From Gemmata obscuriglobus (GTDB lineage Bacteria > Planctomycetota > Planctomycetia > Gemmatales > Gemmataceae), in assembly GCF_008065095.1 (NCBI RefSeq), contig NZ_CP042911.1:1380001-1412000 (forward strand): 32,000 nt of DNA, in the 5' to 3' direction. How positions within the stretch are numbered: position 1 is the stretch's first letter; each line of letters opens with the position of its first letter. The position numbers and the translations under genes are program-made. Positions 9,070-15,306 of this stretch are shown piece by piece. Below the pieces are notes generated by a model. It did no database searches and was not told the origin of the DNA. It saw nothing but the letters and a program-made list of their open reading frames with translations.

Positions 9070-10073
9070 CCCAACTCCTTCTCCACCATCGGCACCGTGC
9101 GCCCGCGGGTCTGGTCCAGCGCGAGCGTGCGCCTCACATCCCGGATGTCCGTCTCTACGTCCAACCGGCGCCGGTAGAGCCCCCCCCACTCGGCCCCGGT
9201 GCCGTCCACCGTGGCGAACAACCACAGCGGCTGGTCGCCCCCGATCGGCACCTCGTGCAACCAGCCGGTGAGCACCGCGTCGGCACGCAGGTCCGGATTC
9301 CCCTTGCGATCCGCCACGCTCGGGTGCCACGTGAGCGCCCACCGCCCGTCCCCGGCGGGTTGAGCCTTCTTCACCAGCGCCTGGAATCGGCTCTGGGTGA
9401 GCCGCAGCACCGCGTCGTGTCCACCCGCCACCGCCCCGTGGGCCAACCCGAATACCCCGAAGTTGCGGTCCCCAAGGATCACCGAACCGGGTGGCAGATC
9501 GGGCATCAACCGAAGCCCCAGTTGCACCGCGCCCACCGCCCCCGGCCCGTACATGGCTCCGTGCTGCGGGGGCGCGGCCAACCCGCTGGCCAACTCGTGG
9601 GCCACCACCAGATGCATCACCGGCCAATGGGACCGGCCGTGCTGGTTAGACGCCGGGGTGAACGCGCCCCGCAGCGCGTCGGTCGGGGCCAACCGCAGGG
9701 TGGTGCCGTCCATCATGAACACCCGGCGCCCGCGCCACGACGGGGGGTATGCGGCCACCAGGGTGTCGAACACCCGGCGCCCGGCGGTGGCGACCACCGC
9801 ATTGGGGAGCCGAGTGCGAGCGTGGCGGTACCCCCCGGTGGCCCCCGACGGCTGTTCGGCGGCGCTCGGGAACTGGGTGAGGAAGTGGCTCACCGCATCA
9901 CCCAGCGAGCCGTTCCCGTGGAGCCGCTGGTACACCAGCAGCCACAGCACCACCCACGGGGTGTACACCGCTCGGGCCGGTGGCGGGGCCAGCGCATCGA
10001 TCACGTCCCGAGCCAGCAACTGTTGGAACACGCCCCATTCCGACGCCGACCGGGCCGGTTGTGTGGTACTCAT
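9070..10073 (-). pseudogene. IS4-family DDE transposase, N-terminal fragment (truncated by a TAA supplied by the IS66 end)
   Basis: MMDGTTL, ILGDRNFG and YRRRLDVETDIRDVRRTL match the D, D and YREK-type E blocks of IS4-family transposases. The stop at 9066..9068 lies inside the IS66 terminal repeat. Confidence 0.8.
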
Positions 10074-10401
10074 CGGATCTCAGCGCCGTTCGGGAACCAA
10101 CCACGGTACGGCCACACCCACCGAGCCGCACCCGCCAACCGATCGTATCAAACCGCCGGCCTCGTGCCGAAAAACCGTGCCCGCGATACAATGTCAATTG
10201 TTACAGTGTTGTATTAAGTGCCATTGGGCGAGACGCCTGCGTCCCTACGGGGCCAAAGCGGCGATCAATTGAAAATCAATTTATTCTAATATTAATTGGC
10301 GCGATAGGTTGTTTCGGTCTAATAAAAACGTCGTCGTGGGCGCGCGGCCGGCGTGGGCCGCGGCCACCCGCCCGTCCCGCCGCCCGTTCTGACTGGCGGG
10401 C

Positions 10402-11259
10402 TCAGCCCGCTGCCGGGTCGGTGCGGTGCGGCGCGTCCCGGGCGGTCGCGACGAAGAAGAAGCGGTCCTTTGTCAGCTCGTCGTTGGGGCGCAGCGGGCG
10501 GAACGACTCGTCCGCCTCCGCCCGGGCGACGACGGTGAACCGGTCGGCCGGGAAGTACGAGAGCACCTTCTCGGCGGACCCGCCCAACTGTTCGAGGCCG
10601 CACCCCACGTGCACCTCGACGAAGAAATCGGCCCCCGAGGCGAGCGTGCGGGGCGCGCCGGCCAGGGCCATCAGCTCCGCGCCCTCGATGTCGAGGAACA
10701 CCACGTCCGGGGGGCCGTAGCGGTCCGCGAGGCCGTCGATCGTGAGGGCCTCCACGGGCTGCCGCCCCCAACCACCGCTGCCGTCGTCGAGCCGGCCGTT
10801 CAGCCCCTCGTTGAAGAGGAGGGTGCCGGGCTTGTCGGCGGCGGCGGCGTGAACCACCTCGATCTGGGCGAGGCCGTTCAGCTCCCGGTTCTTGACCGCG
10901 GTGTCGTAGTTGTGCCGGTTCGCCTCGACGGCAACGACCTGCCCGGACCGGCCGACCACGTGCGCGAGCATCGCGGCGACCACGCCCTGGTGCGCGCCGA
11001 TGTCGAACACCCGGGCGCCGGTGCGGAGCCGGCCCCGCTGGAGCGCGCCGATCTCGGGCAGGGGGTCCCAGTCGTTGTCGTACCAGCCCTGGGACAAGGG
11101 GTCCGACAAGAACACCTTCAGACGGGTGCCGCCGTAAGAGTGCTCAACGACCCGCGACGGAAAGGACCGGACCAGGCGCCGGACGCGCCACGCACGGAGC
11201 CGGCCGGCCAGCGCCGGAGACATGCAACGAATTAGGAACCGTTTGATCGATCCGAGCAT
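10402..11259 (-). CDS. FkbM-family SAM-dependent methyltransferase
   Basis: VFDIGAHQGVVAAML (SAM-binding motif), VVAVEANRHNY and FLDIEGAELMAL are typical of FkbM/TIGR01444. Start taken at the internal ATG 11259 (MLGSIKRF...) preceded by a G-run; the track start is 11337. Confidence 0.8.
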   Translation of the reverse strand: MLGSIKRFLIRCMSPALAGRLRAWRVRRLVRSFPSRVVEHSYGGTRLKVFLSDPLSQGWYDNDWDPLPEIGALQRGRLRTGARVFDIGAHQGVVAAMLAHVVGRSGQVVAVEANRHNYDTAVKNRELNGLAQIEVVHAAAADKPGTLLFNEGLNGRLDDGSGGWGRQPVEALTIDGLADRYGPPDVVFLDIEGAELMALAGAPRTLASGADFFVEVHVGCGLEQLGGSAEKVLSYFPADRFTVVARAEADESFRPLRPNDELTKDRFFFVATARDAPHRTDPAAG

Positions 11260-11413
11260 GCGCGCCCCCCTGTTGCCGAACGAGCCCCACCGGCCGGCCG
11301 ACTCGCGCTGCGCCGCCGCGGGCTCAACATGAGACAACCGATGGGTACGAATTTACCACGGGCGTGCGGTTGCGGGCCACCGTATTGATGTGAATATTAC
11401 ACCGAGGCCGATG

Positions 11414-11521
11414 CCAGTCGTTCCAGGTTCCAGGTTCCAAGTCGGAACCCCGCTCGTCACAAGCGCCGGCGGTTCGTGTCGCTCGTGACTCCACTTGGAA
11501 CCTGGAACCTGGAACGACTGG
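11414..11521. repeat. 29-bp perfect inverted repeat built from three tandem GGTTCCA heptamers, with a 50-nt spacer
   Basis: CCAGTCGTTCCAGGTTCCAGGTTCCAAGT (11414..11442) is the exact reverse complement of 11493..11521. The spacer carries GCTCGTCACAAGCG, which resembles part of the 14.8-kb repeat. Confidence 0.9.
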
Positions 11522-11679
11522 ATCCGGGACGAGGCGAAGAAGACCGGCCCCGCGCGCCCGGGCCGCGTGGCCCGCTGGCCCGACCGCCCCGCGCGGCGCC
11601 GGTTCGGGTATCATGGAGCACCGAACGCTTTGAGGAGGGGCACGGTCCGCAAACGGCCGCCCCCTGCGGGGCAACCTAC

Positions 11680-11760
11680 CTCCCAGCCCCCTCCGTTCCC
11701 GCCGGCCCACGGAAGCTCCGCGGGTCGGGCCGGCGAACACGACGAGGGGGTCCGGGGGGA
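11680..11760. repeat. degenerate copy of the G/C hairpin repeat carrying the nested 45-nt hairpin element (11699..11743)
   Basis: AACCTACCTCCCAGCCCCCTCCGTT + CCGCCGGCCCACGGAAGCTCCGCGGGTCGGGCCGGCGAACACGAC + GAGGGGGTCCGGGGGG. Same architecture as at 27.83 kb and 31.76 kb. Confidence 0.6.
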
Positions 11761-11923
11761 ACGTGTTCGCACCCGCCTTAACGGCGCGCTGGCGTGCCCA
11801 CACTGCCTCGCATGCGTGTCGGCTCGGGTTTTGACAGCTCGTTACTTCCGTATCGGGGCAGATGCCGCCCAGAACGTCTTTTGCTGACGGATTGCAGGCG
11901 GTAAGGCTTTTCTGCTTTCGCTC

Positions 11924-11953
11924 TTGACGCGGGCGGGCATTGGGTCTTATTAT
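11924..11953 (+). promoter_or_regulatory. sigma70-like promoter candidate (TTGACG-N18-TATTAT)
   Basis: Hexamers at 11924..11929 and 11948..11953 lie upstream of the 11998 and 12255 ORF pair. Planctomycete promoter rules are poorly known. Confidence 0.3.
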
Positions 11954-11997
11954 CCGATCCGCAAATTGAGCTTTTGGACGTTTGGGGAGCTGGCCCG

Positions 11998-12258
11998 GTG
12001 ACCCGCACACGGTTCGGACTTCTGGTGGTCGCCGCGAGCGCCCTGGCCGCGGGCCGCGGGGCGGTCGCCGCACGGTGGCCGAACCGCCGCGAGGAGCCGG
12101 CGCCCGAGCCCGAGCACGCCTCACCGAGTGCCGATCCCACACGCCCCGACTTCGGCGAGGTGTGGGAAACGGACCGGTTCCCGTGGGCGCGGCACGCACG
12201 CAACCGCACGCCCGTTTCGGCAACCGTCTTTGGGTCCGAATGGAGGGTGGCGCGATGA
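11998..12258 (+). CDS. small hypothetical protein with hydrophobic N-terminus
   Basis: GTG 11998 is preceded by GGGGAG at 8 nt spacing. N-terminus is TRTRFGLLVVAASALAAG. Its TGA overlaps the next gene's ATG (ATGA at 12255..12258), suggesting translational coupling. Confidence 0.4.
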   Translation: MTRTRFGLLVVAASALAAGRGAVAARWPNRREEPAPEPEHASPSADPTRPDFGEVWETDRFPWARHARNRTPVSATVFGSEWRVAR

Positions 12259-13460
12259 GCGGCGGAGTGATGGCCCGCTTGGTCGGCGGTGCGGTGTGCG
12301 TCTGGCTCGTCGTTGGCACCGCGGCGCCGGCCGCGGCGGACGACTCCGCCAAGCTGTTGGCCGAGGTGCGGGCCGCGTGGCAGCAGCGCCAGGACGCGGC
12401 GCGCACCGCCCGGTTCGTGTGGACGGGCCGCACCGTGCACCCGAAAGGGGTCGTGGTCGGAACGAAGGGGCCGGGCAAGGACGTCGTGAACGACGGCACC
12501 GGGCGCGTCCTTTTGGAGGGCAACAAGTGGCGCCTCGCCACCCGCGGGTTGATCTGGTCCGAGCCGCCTTACGGCTTCGTCCCGGAGCACCGCGAGGTCG
12601 CGTTCGACGGCGAGCGGTACGTCACCCTCATCCACCACCAGCCCGGCCACAACCAGTTCCCGTACGGACTGATCCGCCGCAAGCCGGGCGAGGTCGCGCA
12701 GGCGTCCATGACGTTTAACCTCATCGACTACTGGCCGTTGCGGGTGGCGGTTCGTGGGGCCGACCCGCGGCTCTCGAACGAGACGCTGGAGACCCACGCC
12801 CTGGCCCGCCGCGCGACGCTCCAGGGGCGGCCGGTCGTCGAGCTCGTTCAACAGCGGACGGAGGTCAGCGGCGAGTCGAAAGTGTGGGTGGACCCGGCGC
12901 AGGACTACGCCGTCCGGCGGCACGACATGTACACCGCCGCCGGGGAGCTGCACACCCGGATCGATGTCACCACGGAGAGGCACCCGTCGGGCGTGTGGCT
13001 GCCGAAGGCGTGGACCGTTCAGTCGATGTCGGGGGCCGCGCTGCAACGGCGGACCGTGTTTACGCTCGTCGAGGTGACCCTCAACCCGTCGGTCGCGGCC
13101 GGCGACCTCGAGATCGACTTCCCGCCGAACACCGTCGTGGACGAGTACACGGACAGTAAGGGGCAGTCCCAGTTGACCGCCTCTCACATCGTCCGCGGGG
13201 ACGGGGGCCGCCGGCCGATCGTTCCGGGCGAGTGGAACAACGTCGGCTACGAAGACCTGCTCCGCACCGAGCCGGGCGAACTCCTGGGGAGTGTTCCGCC
13301 CCCGTGGTGGACATCCCGCTCGGTCCTCGTTGCGGCCTGCGGGGTCGTGCTCGCCCTCGCGGTGGCCGCGCTGCTGGTCGTCCGGAGACGAGCCCTGCGG
13401 CGGCGAACGCTCCCGGTCACCGCCGAACCGCCCGTGAACCCCCGTTCGGAGGAAAGGTGA
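12255..13460 (+). CDS. hypothetical exported protein with C-terminal transmembrane anchor (possibly LolA/RseB-like fold; weak)
   Basis: GGAGGG lies 7 nt upstream of ATG 12255. Signal-like N-terminus MSGGVMARLVGGAVCVWLVVGTAAPAAA. C-terminal WWTSRSVLVAACGVVLALAVAALLVVRRR. Coding-like composition throughout. Confidence 0.7.
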   Translation: MSGGVMARLVGGAVCVWLVVGTAAPAAADDSAKLLAEVRAAWQQRQDAARTARFVWTGRTVHPKGVVVGTKGPGKDVVNDGTGRVLLEGNKWRLATRGLIWSEPPYGFVPEHREVAFDGERYVTLIHHQPGHNQFPYGLIRRKPGEVAQASMTFNLIDYWPLRVAVRGADPRLSNETLETHALARRATLQGRPVVELVQQRTEVSGESKVWVDPAQDYAVRRHDMYTAAGELHTRIDVTTERHPSGVWLPKAWTVQSMSGAALQRRTVFTLVEVTLNPSVAAGDLEIDFPPNTVVDEYTDSKGQSQLTASHIVRGDGGRRPIVPGEWNNVGYEDLLRTEPGELLGSVPPPWWTSRSVLVAACGVVLALAVAALLVVRRRALRRRTLPVTAEPPVNPRSEER

Positions 13461-13497
13461 CGTTCCGATCCGCCGCGCCGGCCCTGTGCTTTCTGGA

Positions 13498-13634
13498 GTT
13501 TTTGACAGGATGAACAGGATGATTTTAAATCCTGTTCATCCTGTCGATCCTGTCAAAAACTCCCTCCGTGCCCCGCTCCCGGGCGGTCGCGGCTCGTCAA
13601 GACAGTGGCCGTATTACCGGGTGCGTGTATCAGC
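13498..13634. repeat. modular palindromic repeat, copy 1
   Basis: An ACAGGAT/ATCCTGT 9-mer palindrome (13498..13560) is followed by CCGCTCCCGGGCGGTCGCGGCTCGTCAA (13573..13600) and a GACAGTGGCCGTATTACCGGGT extension. It contains TTGACA-N17-TTAAAT (13502..13530). Confidence 0.85.
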
Positions 13635-13686
13635 GCCCCGGCCCGCCTCTGGCGGTATCGACCGAAGGACACTCGTGAGCACGTCT

Positions 13687-14598
13687 ATGGTCCGCGGCGC
13701 TGGTGGGGTCACGGCGATCGCCCGTCGCGGGCTGTCCCTCCTCGAACTGCTCGTCGCCGTCGGCATCCTGTCGGTGCTCGCCGGGCTCATTCTGGCCGGG
13801 GTGCAGCGGGCCCGCGTGTCCGCCGCGCGGCTCGGCTGTGCCGACCACCTGCGGCAGATCGCCCTCGCCGCGCACGGCTACCACGGCGCCCGCCACCGGC
13901 TCCCAACGGGCATGGCGCGCGACGACGGCAAGGTCCCGGAGCCGTACCTGAGCTGGCTCGCCCGGCTGCTCCCGCACCTCGAACGGGACGCCCTCTGGGA
14001 ACAGACCGAGGCGGCGTTCCGGCAGGAGCGCAACTTCCTGACCCCCGCCCACGCGGCCCGCTCCGCCCTCGTGCCGATCTTCCTCTGCCCGAGCGACGGC
14101 CGGCTGAGCGGCCCGGCCGGGAAGGACGCCACCCTGCACGCGGTGGCCCACACGTCGTACCTCGGCGTCGAGGGCCGCAACGCCGGCGTCGCCGACGGGC
14201 TGCTGTACATGGACTCGCGCCACGCCCTCTCGGACGCCACCGACGGCACCAGCAGCACGCTCCTCGTCGGCGAGCGCCCGCCCAACGCCGACTTCAGCCT
14301 CGGCTGGTGGTACGCCGGGTGGGGGCAGGCGCAGAACGGCGACGCCGAGTTCCTGCTCGGCGCCCGCACCCGCTGCTACAACCGCTACCGCGCCACCTGC
14401 GACGAGGGGCCGTACCGCTTCACCGCCGGCCGGCTCGACAACCCGTGCGACGCGTTCCACTTCTGGAGCCCGCACCCGGGCGGCGCGCACTTCGCGTTCG
14501 CCGACGGGTCCGTCCGCTTCCTCCGCTACGCCGCCGACGACATCCTGCCCGCGCTCGCCACCCGCGCCGGCGGCGAGGCCGTCTCCGCTCCCGAGTAA
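13687..14598 (+). CDS. DUF1559 domain protein with prepilin-type N-terminal motif (second paralog)
   Basis: RRGLSLLELLVAVGILSVLAGLILAGVQRAR leader, FLCPSD, and HPGGAHFAFADGSVRFL. An alternative GTG start at 13675 is preceded by GAAGGA. Confidence 0.9.
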   Translation: MVRGAGGVTAIARRGLSLLELLVAVGILSVLAGLILAGVQRARVSAARLGCADHLRQIALAAHGYHGARHRLPTGMARDDGKVPEPYLSWLARLLPHLERDALWEQTEAAFRQERNFLTPAHAARSALVPIFLCPSDGRLSGPAGKDATLHAVAHTSYLGVEGRNAGVADGLLYMDSRHALSDATDGTSSTLLVGERPPNADFSLGWWYAGWGQAQNGDAEFLLGARTRCYNRYRATCDEGPYRFTAGRLDNPCDAFHFWSPHPGGAHFAFADGSVRFLRYAADDILPALATRAGGEAVSAPE

Positions 14599-14653
14599 CT
14601 CTCCCCGCCCCGCGCTGACCCGCCGCCGCACGCGCTCCGAGCCGCCGAACCCG

Positions 14654-14860
14654 TACACTTACCCGGTGATACGGCCGCTGTCTTGACGAGCCGCGACCCG
14701 TGGGGGCCGTAAGCTTTTGAAGGGAGCTTTTGACAGGATCGACAGGATGAAGATAGACCGGATTTTAAATCCTGTTTATCCTGTTAATCCTGTCAAAAGC
14801 TCCCTTCGTGCCCCGCTCCCGGGCGGTCGCGGCTCGTCAACACAAGCGACACCGCAGACG
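14654..14860. repeat. modular palindromic repeat, copies 2 (inverted) and 3
   Basis: 14654..14698 is the reverse complement (41/45) of 13585..13629. 21-bp perfect arms GAAGGGAGCTTTTGACAGGAT (14719..14739 and 14787..14807) enclose ACAGGAT 9-mers. CCGCTCCCGGGCGGTCGCGGCTCGTCAA recurs at 14813..14840. Confidence 0.85.
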
Positions 14861-14885
14861 GGTTCATGTATCAGAGGGCACCCGC

Positions 14886-15200
14886 GTGGAACGCCGACCC
14901 CACCCCGATTTCGACCGCACCACCGCGCGGCGCGTGCTCGTCGGGGCCGCCGTCGTCGCGCTCGCGCTTGTGGGGAGCGGGGCGGCGCACGCGCTCGGGG
15001 CCGGTGAGTGGGCGGTGTGGCTTGGTGGCGTCGGGTTCCTGGCGGGCTGTGCGGTGATCGTTCGGGCGCCGCTGAACCGCGCCCCGTGTCCGGCGTGCGG
15101 CCGCCCGCTGACCCGCGAGCCCGACGCCACCGCCTTCCCGTGCCGCCCGTGCGGCGTGCGGTGGGCCACGCGCTCCTACGGCGCCGACTTCCGGGACTGA
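14886..15200 (+). CDS. small membrane protein with C-terminal CxxC...CxxC zinc-ribbon
   Basis: Two hydrophobic segments (VLVGAAVVALALVG, WAVWLGGVGFLAGCAVIV) are followed by CPACG...CRPCG. GC3 is high. GTG 14886 was chosen because the track start 14808 lies in repeat DNA. Confidence 0.5.
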   Translation: MERRPHPDFDRTTARRVLVGAAVVALALVGSGAAHALGAGEWAVWLGGVGFLAGCAVIVRAPLNRAPCPACGRPLTREPDATAFPCRPCGVRWATRSYGADFRD

Positions 15201-15306
15201 TGGCACGCGCCGGAGCGCACGGGCGGTTCGACGGGGCGGGCCGTGCTTCCCTGGGACCGCGGACGTCCCGTCCGCTGCGCCGGGCGCCGGGATGCCCGGC
15301 GGGCGC

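Larger units (their letters stand above)
7144..10230 (-). mobile_element. IS4-family insertion sequence, inactivated by a nested IS66-family insertion
   Basis: 19-bp perfect terminal inverted repeats: CGCCCAATGGCACTTAATA (7144..7162) and its reverse complement (10212..10230). A DDE transposase is split into two fragments. The native element would be about 1.48 kb. Confidence 0.8.

Noticed and set aside
7100-10260. Target-site duplication for the outer IS4-family element
   Set aside because: No direct repeat adjoins the 19-bp inverted repeats. GACGCC occurs on both sides but not adjacent to the ends, so no duplication is claimed.
11414-11521. Retron msr/msd or other reverse-transcriptase-associated structured RNA, suggested by the long inverted repeats
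   Set aside because: No reverse transcriptase gene lies nearby, and none is present anywhere in the window.
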